In this document: piece after piece, positions 54,791 through 63,357 of the stretch
How the letters are laid out: each line of letters begins with the position of its first letter
How positions within the stretch are numbered: the stretch's first letter is position 1
Origin: an uncultured Candidatus Binatia bacterium
GTDB lineage: Bacteria; Desulfobacterota; Binatia; UBA9968; CAXXLF01
DNA length: 64,000 nucleotides
Assembly (NCBI GenBank): GCA_965218425.1
Contig: OZ244621.1
Location: 4,186,613-4,250,612, forward strand
Direction of reading: 5' to 3'
Translations under genes and position numbers: made by a program
Notes under the pieces: generated by a model
Seen by the model: only the letters and a program-made list of their open reading frames with translations
What the model was told of the DNA's origin: nothing
The model's database searches: none

Positions 54791-55831
54791 ATGTTAAAAA
54801 TCGATACCGACACTCATTTTACCCCACTTGACGCATTTGACGAGGTGGATCCCGCCTATGCGGACGTAGGGCCCCATTTTGTCAAGCTTCCTGATGGCAA
54901 ATTCAGGATCATCAATAAGTCACGTGACCAAATCAGACCAGACCACTTAAAACCCGTAAGGCACGTGGGCCACAACCCGAGCGACTTCGATATAGAGGTG
55001 AGACTTAACGCCATGGATGAATGTGGCTTCGACATGCAAGTCCTCATTCCCAACAACTCACCCTTTTACTATGACATCGACCCTATGTTGGGAGCGAGCG
55101 TATGTCGCTCCTTCAACAAAGCAATTGCCAAGATTCTCAAAAATCATCCTAAACGCTTCATCGGAACTGCACCCGTTCCCCTCCAGGATACACGCTTGGC
55201 CATTCAGGAAATGGATTATGCAATCAAAGAGCTTGAACTCAGTGGCGTGATCATTTACCAGAATTTAAACGGCAAAGACTTGGATGCCGAATCGATATGG
55301 CCCGTTTACGAGAGGGCTGAGAAGTTAGGAATACCCCTTCTTGTGCACGGTTGTGACAGCGGCCCTCTCCTTGGGGTTGAGAGGTACGCTCGGTACAATC
55401 TCGACGTTCCTCTCGGGTTTGCTTTTGAGGTCTTCATGGCAATCTCCACCTTAATCTGCGGGGGAGTGGTCGAGAGATTTCCGAATCTTAAATTCGGTTT
55501 CTTCGAAGTGGGGGCGGGTTTCGTTCCATGGCTGGTGGATCGCCTGGAGACAGCTTATGAAGCGAGACCTGCAGTAAGAGCGAAAAACTCGTTGAAGCCG
55601 AGAGAATGTTTTGAAAACTTTTTCTTCTCCCTAGGAGCCGATGATACCACATTGCCCCACGTGGTGGACCGAATGGGCAGTGGTCATCTCATGGTCGGGA
55701 GCGACTATCCGCACTCGGATGGAACCCATCCCGACACGATCAAAATGATAGAAGCGAACCGGGCGCTCAACAAAATAGACAAGGAAAAACTCATAGGTGG
55801 GGCAGCGTCGGCGTTCTTCGGTTTAGATTGA
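54791..55831 (+). CDS. Amidohydrolase-2 family protein
   Basis: MLKIDTDTHFTP, LLVHGCDSG, VGSDYPHSD. Confidence 0.8.
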   Translation: MLKIDTDTHFTPLDAFDEVDPAYADVGPHFVKLPDGKFRIINKSRDQIRPDHLKPVRHVGHNPSDFDIEVRLNAMDECGFDMQVLIPNNSPFYYDIDPMLGASVCRSFNKAIAKILKNHPKRFIGTAPVPLQDTRLAIQEMDYAIKELELSGVIIYQNLNGKDLDAESIWPVYERAEKLGIPLLVHGCDSGPLLGVERYARYNLDVPLGFAFEVFMAISTLICGGVVERFPNLKFGFFEVGAGFVPWLVDRLETAYEARPAVRAKNSLKPRECFENFFFSLGADDTTLPHVVDRMGSGHLMVGSDYPHSDGTHPDTIKMIEANRALNKIDKEKLIGGAASAFFGLD

Positions 55832-56058
55832 CGGCGGCGATTCACGGGGTTCACTTAACCCCTCCCAGAAAGTGAAGGGTGGAGTGATTGGTAAGACCAT
55901 AAGGCCTGAACCTGGCGGCCCGTGCGGACAACACTCAATTATTTCGATTTTTTCGCACTCCATTCTTTCATGGCAGCCATAGCACTCTTAACGACCCCCT
56001 CCTCATGGGGCCTTATCTTGCAGCTTTTATCGTAGGCATTGTACCGTGATGCGGCTCC

Positions 56059-57837
56059 TCAATGTCCGGTGATGCGTTGTTTATGTTGCACGGACACGCG
56101 CAAGCCAAAGACGCGGGCGATTACCGCCAGCCCCACCGTGAAGGTCATAATGAGCAGGCTGATAATGCTCGCCTCTTCGTACTGGCTGATGGCCGGCGAG
56201 GCAAATTCCAGGGCGAGCAATGAGAGTGTCATGGTGTCACGGGAGGCCAACAAGATGATACTGCTCGTGGTCCCCGCAGCAATGACAAAGTTCAAGGTCG
56301 CCAGCAGGATCAACGACGGCATGAGCAGCGGTATCCATATCCTGAAGAAGGTCCTGACCCAGCCGGCGCCGCTCACCCGTGCGGCCTCTTCCATATCAGT
56401 GCCGATCTGGATGAAGACGCCCTTGAGGATATTGACTCCGGTGGTGTTGCCCTGGATCACAACCACCAGAATCAACGCCCAAATGGTGCCGAAAAGAAAC
56501 TTGAGGGGTCTGATATCGGTACCGGGAATGTTCCCGATGAACATCCACAACAGCCCCAACCCCAAAAGGATGCCGGGAATAGCCGCCGAGCCCCAGATGA
56601 TGGAGTCGAGGGCGACACGGCCCTTCCAGCGCGTGCGCACGAGAATATACGCGATGACGGAGAACAAAAGCGGGCTCAAAATAGCAGCGGTCAACGAGAG
56701 TTTTAACGTCGTGAACAACGCCTTCTGAAAAAGGGCGTCGGTAAACACGTTCACCCAGTGATCCACTGTCCAAACCGTGTTCAGAAAGAAGTATCCTGCC
56801 CGGGTCATGAAGCTCCCCATGACGAGCACAAGAGATGGAGCAATCGTCAGTAAAACTATGAGAACTGCAATTCCACTGAACACCACGAACTTCCATCCGC
56901 CCAGGTCGATGAGACCTGGCTTGAAGTTCCCTGTGATTGTCGTGTAGCGGTGTCGCTGGATGATCCAACGTTGCGTGGGGAGGATGAAGGCGATCACCAA
57001 CAGCGTGAGGCTCGCCAGCACCGTCGCATGGCCATAGTCAGGGACAGGTTGCCGGACCAGGTCGAAGATCTTCGTCGAATACACGTAGAATCCGAAGGGT
57101 TGGCCGAGCAGATACTCGGTTTCAAAGGACTGAAAGATTCTGAGCAACTGCAAGGCGAACACCAACGCCATGGGCGAGACCATGAGGGGCAAGGTCACGC
57201 GCACCATAGTCCGGAAGTTTGTTGCCCCGCCAACCCTCGCTGCTTCTTCCATGGCCGAGTCCATGTTCCGGAATGCGGGAGTGAGGAGCATGACCTTGAT
57301 GGAGATGCCGTTAGCCATCAGGTGTGTCCAGACAATCCCCGGTACGCTAAAGACGTTAAAGGGCCCGTCCTCCACGAATGGAAGCTTCTCCACCAAGGTA
57401 TTCAGAAAGCCGATGTCCGGGTCAAGCACCGTGATCCACGCGATGGTCGTGGAGATACTCGGCATCATAAACGAGACCCAGAAAAGGAACTCGAAATGGT
57501 GGCTCCATGGGATGTTGGTCCGCGCAAGGGTCCAGGAGATCAGTACCGCCACGGGAAAGCTGATGCCAACCAAAAAAAACCAGATCAGAAAACTGTTGAA
57601 CAGTGAAACCAGCAGACCCGGAGCCTGCCACGCGGTTTGCCAGTTGGCCACACCCCAGGTGTAGGGATCCACAAACCAGTCACGGGCGGTGTTAAAGCTG
57701 TTCACCAGTAGCAGGAGAGTCGGTACGGTCAGATACATGCCCACCGTCAGGAAGATCGCCGCCATGACGAAAAACGAGGCGCCTGGCGTTTTCAGCTCGG
57801 TGGGCAGTATCGATGCAAGCGGTCGGGCCAACTGCAT
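56059..57837 (-). CDS. Two-domain ABC importer permease (paralog of 51408-53189)
   Basis: 592 aa. EEAARVGGATNFRTMVRVTLPL and EEAARVSGAGWVRTFFRIWIPL. Confidence 0.85.
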   Translation of the reverse strand: MQLARPLASILPTELKTPGASFFVMAAIFLTVGMYLTVPTLLLLVNSFNTARDWFVDPYTWGVANWQTAWQAPGLLVSLFNSFLIWFFLVGISFPVAVLISWTLARTNIPWSHHFEFLFWVSFMMPSISTTIAWITVLDPDIGFLNTLVEKLPFVEDGPFNVFSVPGIVWTHLMANGISIKVMLLTPAFRNMDSAMEEAARVGGATNFRTMVRVTLPLMVSPMALVFALQLLRIFQSFETEYLLGQPFGFYVYSTKIFDLVRQPVPDYGHATVLASLTLLVIAFILPTQRWIIQRHRYTTITGNFKPGLIDLGGWKFVVFSGIAVLIVLLTIAPSLVLVMGSFMTRAGYFFLNTVWTVDHWVNVFTDALFQKALFTTLKLSLTAAILSPLLFSVIAYILVRTRWKGRVALDSIIWGSAAIPGILLGLGLLWMFIGNIPGTDIRPLKFLFGTIWALILVVVIQGNTTGVNILKGVFIQIGTDMEEAARVSGAGWVRTFFRIWIPLLMPSLILLATLNFVIAAGTTSSIILLASRDTMTLSLLALEFASPAISQYEEASIISLLIMTFTVGLAVIARVFGLRVSVQHKQRITGH

Positions 57838-57970
57838 GGGCGTTCCTTCGCGTTGTTCCTACCGTCTTCTCTCTAGCTCATTGACCGTACAGGTTGGCTC
57901 CCTCGCCGCAGTGGACAACCGGGTTCCCGCACAGGCGAGATTAACCCCACCCACCGAAACTCAGACCGGG

Positions 57971-59173
57971 CTAACGTTTCTGCGGCTTGCGGAAGATCTT
58001 ACGTGCTTTTATGATGGCGTCGTCCCGGCGCGACGCGAACTGCGGGTCGGCGTTCAGATAGAGATACTTAACACCAGGCTCACGGCATTCGCGTGGGTCG
58101 ACCTTCCCGGTGCATGGGACGTCCTCGCGCAGAGTCGGGTCCGGGGAGCCTTCGGAGATTTGGTGCTTAAGGGTTTGGCCCTCCTTGCTCAGGAACCAAT
58201 TGATGAAGAGTTTTGCGGCATTTGGGTGCGGCGCATTCTTGGCAAATTCGATATTGTCTCCGGCGGCCGCTCCACTCAAGGTGGGGGCTTCTTTGAAGGG
58301 TTTGTTCATTCGCTTGGCGCGCACGCCTTGCCTGATCAGCCTATCCAAATCACGCCGGCAAGAGCCTATGGAAACCCCGAAGGCGAATTTGCCCTTTGCT
58401 ATGCCGTCCACGATGAGCTTGCAGTTGTCCGTGAACGTCACCCCATGAGCCGGGTCAAACCACCGCTGGACCCACTCTTCGCCCACATCGGGGTGCACCA
58501 TGTAAGTGTAATAGCCCGCCACCTGATCGCTGAGCGCGCCAATGGCTACCAGTTTTCCCTTCCACTTCGGGTCGAGGTAGTCAAACACAGAGTTCATAGA
58601 ATCGATGTCGGCCTGGCTCACCCTGTCGATATTGTAGCGCATGCCGAGATTGAATGGCGACGCGTAGGCCCCGTGGTTCAGAACGAATGTCTTGGTATCG
58701 GTATCGGCAAAAAACAACCGGCCCCTGAACCATTTTTTTCCATCGAGTACACTAGGGTGAATCAAGAGGGGTCGCAGCGGGGCAAGGCCACCTCCAGCGT
58801 GCAATCGCAAAGCCCCCGCGTCGCCGATCTGGATCACGTCTGCGGTATAGACCCCGGCCCGGTTTTCCGCCAGGAGCCGGTTGACTTGATCGGTGCCAGA
58901 ACCGGTGGACACAATCGACTTGACGCCAAACTTTTTGTCAAAGGCCTTGATAACGGGACGATACTGCCTGCTCGCTGAACCGCCCAACACGTGAACTATC
59001 GTTCCTTCTGCCTGCGCGGCCTTGATGAGCTTCGCCCACTCGTCATTGAACGATTTCGATTGCGCTGTTTGGGCGAGTGCCAGACGCGGAACCGGGTTTA
59101 CCGAGAGGCCGAAGAACACGACCAGAATCGCGACTGCAGCACTCAGGAAGTTCACCGTTGTTAGCCTTTTCAT
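57971..59173 (-). CDS. ABC transporter substrate-binding protein, paralog 5
   Basis: AGGAGGAG just upstream of ATG 59173. Signal peptide MKRLTTVNFLSAAVAILVVFFGLSV. KNAPHPNAAKLFINWFLSKEGQ. Confidence 0.8.
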   Translation of the reverse strand: MKRLTTVNFLSAAVAILVVFFGLSVNPVPRLALAQTAQSKSFNDEWAKLIKAAQAEGTIVHVLGGSASRQYRPVIKAFDKKFGVKSIVSTGSGTDQVNRLLAENRAGVYTADVIQIGDAGALRLHAGGGLAPLRPLLIHPSVLDGKKWFRGRLFFADTDTKTFVLNHGAYASPFNLGMRYNIDRVSQADIDSMNSVFDYLDPKWKGKLVAIGALSDQVAGYYTYMVHPDVGEEWVQRWFDPAHGVTFTDNCKLIVDGIAKGKFAFGVSIGSCRRDLDRLIRQGVRAKRMNKPFKEAPTLSGAAAGDNIEFAKNAPHPNAAKLFINWFLSKEGQTLKHQISEGSPDPTLREDVPCTGKVDPRECREPGVKYLYLNADPQFASRRDDAIIKARKIFRKPQKR

Positions 59174-59263
59174 CGCTCCTCCTATTCTGCCCCTTAATTG
59201 GGCCATGTGTCTTTCCGCTATTGCCACATTCTTGTCTAGTAACCAGATTTGAAATAGCTAGGT

Positions 59264-60314
59264 CTATTCGATGCCGTAGAGAGCCCGGGCATTGTTGTCC
59301 ACGATCTTCTGAGCGATTGCTGGGACCACAGTGGAATCTTCCTTGAACCTCTTTATGGCTGTCAGCTCGCTTGTGGTATCGGCGTGACCGTAATCGGTGC
59401 CCATGACCAGGTTGTCCTCACCCCCCACGTACTGCAACACATAGGGAATGTCGTCATTGGTTTGGCAGGCAACGTAGAACCGGTTTTCTTTCAGCAGATC
59501 GCCCTTGGGCCGGTCGTCATCGAATCGGGCCTCGCGCCAGGCGAGGCGGCGAGCGATATCACCGATCACGTAGGGCAGCCACTGACTGCTAACCTCGATG
59601 AACCCCCAGCGAAGTTCGGGGAATTGGCTCGGGACGCGACCCACAATCAGTGAATGAAAGGCACCCAGAACAGGCCACTTGAACCGGAGGAAGTTGCCCT
59701 GCCCCGGCGCCTGAGTCAAAAATTGGTCGATGTCCGCATTGCCAATACCCGCATGGAAGCAGACCGGGAGGTTCAAATTACTCGCCTCTTGGTACAAGGG
59801 GAAGAAGTGCGGGTCCGTTGAATGGTACTCTCCTTCAAATCCCCGCATGGTGACCCCGCAGGCGCCGTTCTCCCTGACAAAACCCATTTCGTCGATGGCA
59901 TGGTCGATGCTCATAGCGGGCAGCACCGCAATCCAGCGCAGTCGGTCCCGCCCCTGGCGCCAGACATCAGCCATCCAACGGTTGTAGCTTTTGCAGATGG
60001 CCCGTTCCATTTGGGGATTGCTGAAGGTAATGCTCGTCCAGAGTGACGGGTGCAGCACTTGAATATCCGTACCGTATTTATCCATGTCGCGACGTCGACC
60101 GGGGATATCCAACATCTCCTGCGACTCGCGAGAGGTGTCCTTGCCGGTGTTCCCACGCCGGGCGCGGATTTTCCCGTCTATGACCTAGTATTTGTTTGGT
60201 CGGATCGGAGGGTTCCGTTACAGTGAAGGGCTTGTATCTCAGATCAGCTTCGTCGAAATAGTCCCAGGTACGGTCGGTCTCAATGACGTGAGCGTCGGCA
60301 TCAATGATCGCCAT
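59264..60314 (-). pseudogene. Amidohydrolase-2 paralog with a 1-nt insertion plus an in-frame TAG
   Basis: MAIIDADAHVIETDRTWDYFDEADLRYKPFTVTEPSDPTKQ, then the frame is lost. The downstream frame reads PNKY-TAG-VIDGKIRARRGNTGKDTSRESQEMLDIPGRRRDMDKYGTDIQVL... to 59264. The intact paralog has DPPRQFWVIEGK, so the observed CAAATACTAGGTC corresponds to the expected CAATACTGGGTC. Confidence 0.85.
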
Positions 60315-60374
60315 CGTGACCCCCCCCCTTGAAAGGCCGGCGTACGCTAACATTTAGCCCTATGGCTGTTAACA

Positions 60375-60755
60375 GTCCAAAAGCTCTCTACATTTCGCTC
60401 CACGCTGTGAGATTTGCCCTGTTCATTCAACGCTTAACACTGGACACTCAACACTATTCTTTTCTGCGTCCGCATAGTGCCCGTTGCTAAGTGTCTTTTC
60501 GCTTTTCTCGCTCTGTCCCTACCTCTGTCTCTGTCTGTTCGTAGTCCTGTCGTCAGTAGTCCGTGAATTGCTGCCTACTGCTTACTGCCCCCTGGCTCCT
60601 ACACCCTATCCCCTATTCCCTTATCTTAGCCTTTTGCGCCATGCTCTAATCACTTAACACTCTTTCTTCGACATCCTGTCCATTGCTTACTGTCTTTATC
60701 TCTCCTCCCACTCAGTACTCGTTACTCGGCACAAATTACGCACCGCGCATCGCAC
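60375..60755 (+). repeat. Pyrimidine-rich mosaic intergenic repeat, copy F
   Basis: TAACACTGGACACTCAACACT (60435-60455), GTAGTCCTGTCGTCAGTAGTCC, CTGCCTACTGCTTACTGCCCCC, CTCCTACACCCTATCCCCTATTCCC, TTTGCGCCATG (60633-60643), CACTTAACACTC, CTCAGTACTCGTTACTCGGCAC. Confidence 0.65.
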
Positions 60756-60766
60756 AAAATGGAGTC

Positions 60767-60795
60767 TTGACATAGATGCTTCTAGCCGATAAAGG
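60767..60795 (+). promoter_or_regulatory. Candidate promoter TTGACA-17 nt-TAAAGG for the SDR gene
   Basis: -35 at 60767-60772 and -10 at 60790-60795. Preceded by the same CTCGTTACTC(A/G)GCAC word as the promoter at 1256. Confidence 0.4.
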
Positions 60796-60866
60796 GGAGT
60801 TCCAATCATTTTTACATGTCCGTGAGACGGAAAAATCATTTCGATCTTCACAGGGAGGAAAAAAAT

Positions 60867-61772
60867 ATGTCCGTTGAAAATAAAGTCGTCTTAGTGACCG
60901 GGGGAGCCCGGGGTATGGGTCGCGAGATGGTCCGCGCATTCCTCAAAGAAGGAGCGAAGGTTGTCGCCACGGACATCTCGTGGGTTCCCACGGGGGTGTC
61001 CAACGATGATTTCGATTTCCGCGAGGAGCTCACGGGCAACCCCAACGTCCTCATTGGGGTCATGGACATCACGCTCCAATCCCACGTGAACGAGATTTAC
61101 GATGAGGCCATGGAGAAATTCGGCACCATAGACGTGGTCATCAACAATGGGGGAACACGCCAGCGAGACCTCTACCTCAAGACACACGGGAGCGTCAGCA
61201 TCCTGGACACGGACGTGAGCGAGTGGGAGCACATGTTCGCCACCCACGTCTTCGGCAACCTGCGAGTCATCAAGAAATTCGCGCAGCCCATGCTGGAGAA
61301 GAAGCGCGGGAGCATCGTCAACACCTCCTCTAGCCAGCTCCTGAATGCCCACGGCGCGGGGCAAGGTAACGCCACCGGCTACGGGTTGAGCCGGGAGGGC
61401 TCCTACCAGCCCGCCAAGGCGGCCATGGGGTCCATGACCATCTACCTGGCGCAGGAACTCAAGCAGCACAACATCGCCGTGAACCTGATGATGCCCGGGC
61501 ACACCAGAACCACCGGCTCGGACGAGCAGGAAACCGTCCGAAACGAGATCCGACAGCGCTTGGGCAGGGGCACATCAGACTTCGTTCCGCGACGGGTACG
61601 CGCCGACAATGTGGTGCCCCTCGCCTTGCACCTGGCCCAACAGGATGCCAACGGCATTACCGGGCAGTGGATCAGCTGCATGCAGTGGAACGAAAAGAAC
61701 GGACTCGGAGGCTTCGAAGCCTGGGGCTACGAGCCTGATGTTGCGGCCGCGCGGGAGCGGGGCCGGTTGTAA
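60867..61772 (+). CDS. Short-chain dehydrogenase/reductase (SDR)
   Basis: GGGAGG lies 8 nt before ATG 60867. VTGGARGMGREM, NNGG, YQPAKAAM (YxxxK). Confidence 0.85.
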   Translation: MSVENKVVLVTGGARGMGREMVRAFLKEGAKVVATDISWVPTGVSNDDFDFREELTGNPNVLIGVMDITLQSHVNEIYDEAMEKFGTIDVVINNGGTRQRDLYLKTHGSVSILDTDVSEWEHMFATHVFGNLRVIKKFAQPMLEKKRGSIVNTSSSQLLNAHGAGQGNATGYGLSREGSYQPAKAAMGSMTIYLAQELKQHNIAVNLMMPGHTRTTGSDEQETVRNEIRQRLGRGTSDFVPRRVRADNVVPLALHLAQQDANGITGQWISCMQWNEKNGLGGFEAWGYEPDVAAARERGRL

Positions 61773-61854
61773 GGCCTGAAACAGACACCGCCCACAGGTG
61801 TGGAGGTCCTCATGGCCTGCCCCCGCGCTCAGGTGCTGCGGCGGAGCGCTCTGC

Positions 61855-61960
61855 GGCTTCCCTCTTCCCATAACACTATTTCCTCTGCACACTTCCCACT
61901 GCTCCCTGTCTTTCTCTCCATCTCTGTTTGTCCGCGATCAATTGGCTTAGTCCTGCCCAA
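61855..61960 (+). repeat. Pyrimidine-rich mosaic intergenic repeat, copy G
   Basis: CCCTCTTCCCATAACACTATTTCC, CCCACTGCTCCCTGTCTTTCTCTCC. Confidence 0.45.
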
Positions 61961-62030
61961 CAGGTATAGACTATTTGTTAACCAAAGATTTGGTTGCATT
62001 ACAGAGTTGAAACTAAGAAGCTGGGGCCCA

Positions 62031-63209
62031 ATGAAGGAGATTGAATCGTTGCGCACACCAGAGTCGATGGATTACGTTTACGTCCAAGAACCCGCAGCGC
62101 TGGAACCGCTGATCCGGCGCATCAAGGGGGACAAACGGGTAGCGCTGGATACCGAGGCCGATAGTCTGCACAACTATTTCGAAAAGGTTTGCTTGGTCCA
62201 GCTCTCCATCGGAGGCGAGCACTTCCTCGTGGACCCGCTTTCCGAATTAGACTTCAGCGGTTTCCTCGAAGCCCTGGCCGAGAAGCCGCTGATCGTGCAC
62301 GGCGGCGACTACGATCTGCGCATGATGCGCACCTTCATGGGCTTCAGACCGCGCCGTGAAGTCTTCGACACCATGATCGCGGCGCAATTGCTCGGCATCG
62401 AACAGATCGGTCTGGCCGCCCTCATCGAGAAATTCTTTGATATCACCATAGGAAAAGAGGGGCAGAAGTCTGACTGGTCACGCCGGCCCCTTAGCGAAAA
62501 ACAGTTGCGTTACGCAGTCAACGACACTCGTTTTCTAGAGCGGCTCGCTGAACGCCTGCACGGTGAGCTGCTCCAGCGGGGACGGGTCCATTGGCATAGG
62601 GAAAGTTGCCGTGCCATGGTGGATTCCACCGAGCGTGATAATTCACGCAACCCGGATGAAGCCTGGCGCATCAAAGGCGCCGGGCGGCTGACCCGTCGTC
62701 AACTGGCCTATCTGCGGGAGCTCTGGCACTGGCGCGACAACCATGCCCGGCGCGCCAACGTGCCACCCTTCAAGGTCTTTGGCAATCAGCAGATGCTGGA
62801 CTTGCTCCAGTGGGCCGAGTCTCATCCCAACACGCCCTCGGACCAGGGACCAAAATTGCCTCGCAACATCGTCGGCTCGCGGCTGAGGACCCTCCAGGAG
62901 GCCATCGCCCGGGCCGCCGGCATGACGCCGGCACAGTGGCCGGAACGTCGCAGACACGTGCAGAGTTACACCCCACGCATGGACTGTAAGGAGCAGATCG
63001 ACGCGCTACGCGGCGAGTGCGAGCGGATCGCAAAGGAATTGGAAATCGCCCCATCGACTCTAGCGCCCCGAGCCGCCATCGAGACCATTGCCCGAAGCCG
63101 GCCCCGGACCATCCATGAGATTATGGCAAGTGGGGGCCTGCTGCGCTGGCAGGCGGAACTCCTACAAGCCGCGGTGGAAAATACTTTGCACTCGATGCGG
63201 GAAAAGTAG
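62031..63209 (+). CDS. rnd: Ribonuclease D (DEDD 3'-5' exonuclease + HRDC)
   Basis: Start at ATG 62031 (MKEIESLRT); the upstream part of the ORF is repeat G. ALDTEADSL, HGGDYDLRMM, YAVNDTRFL. HRDC-like RRQLAYLRELWHWRDNHARRANVPPFKVF. Confidence 0.85.
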   Translation: MKEIESLRTPESMDYVYVQEPAALEPLIRRIKGDKRVALDTEADSLHNYFEKVCLVQLSIGGEHFLVDPLSELDFSGFLEALAEKPLIVHGGDYDLRMMRTFMGFRPRREVFDTMIAAQLLGIEQIGLAALIEKFFDITIGKEGQKSDWSRRPLSEKQLRYAVNDTRFLERLAERLHGELLQRGRVHWHRESCRAMVDSTERDNSRNPDEAWRIKGAGRLTRRQLAYLRELWHWRDNHARRANVPPFKVFGNQQMLDLLQWAESHPNTPSDQGPKLPRNIVGSRLRTLQEAIARAAGMTPAQWPERRRHVQSYTPRMDCKEQIDALRGECERIAKELEIAPSTLAPRAAIETIARSRPRTIHEIMASGGLLRWQAELLQAAVENTLHSMREK

Positions 63210-63357
63210 CCATCACGAAGATAGTGCTCTGTGCATTGTCTTTTTGATATCAGAATTGCCCATCTCTAGACCCCATATTTCGCCATTCCCATATTATTTA
63301 GTTTTCCATCGGCTGGTTGGCATGATTCGATCCAATATACTTCGTGTGAGTTGAACG

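Noticed and set aside
57689-58978. 429-aa ORF on the + strand
   Set aside because: It lies entirely antisense to the well-supported SBP gene 57971-59173 and the permease end. It has no recognisable motifs, no RBS and an Arg/Gly/Val-rich composition typical of shadow frames.
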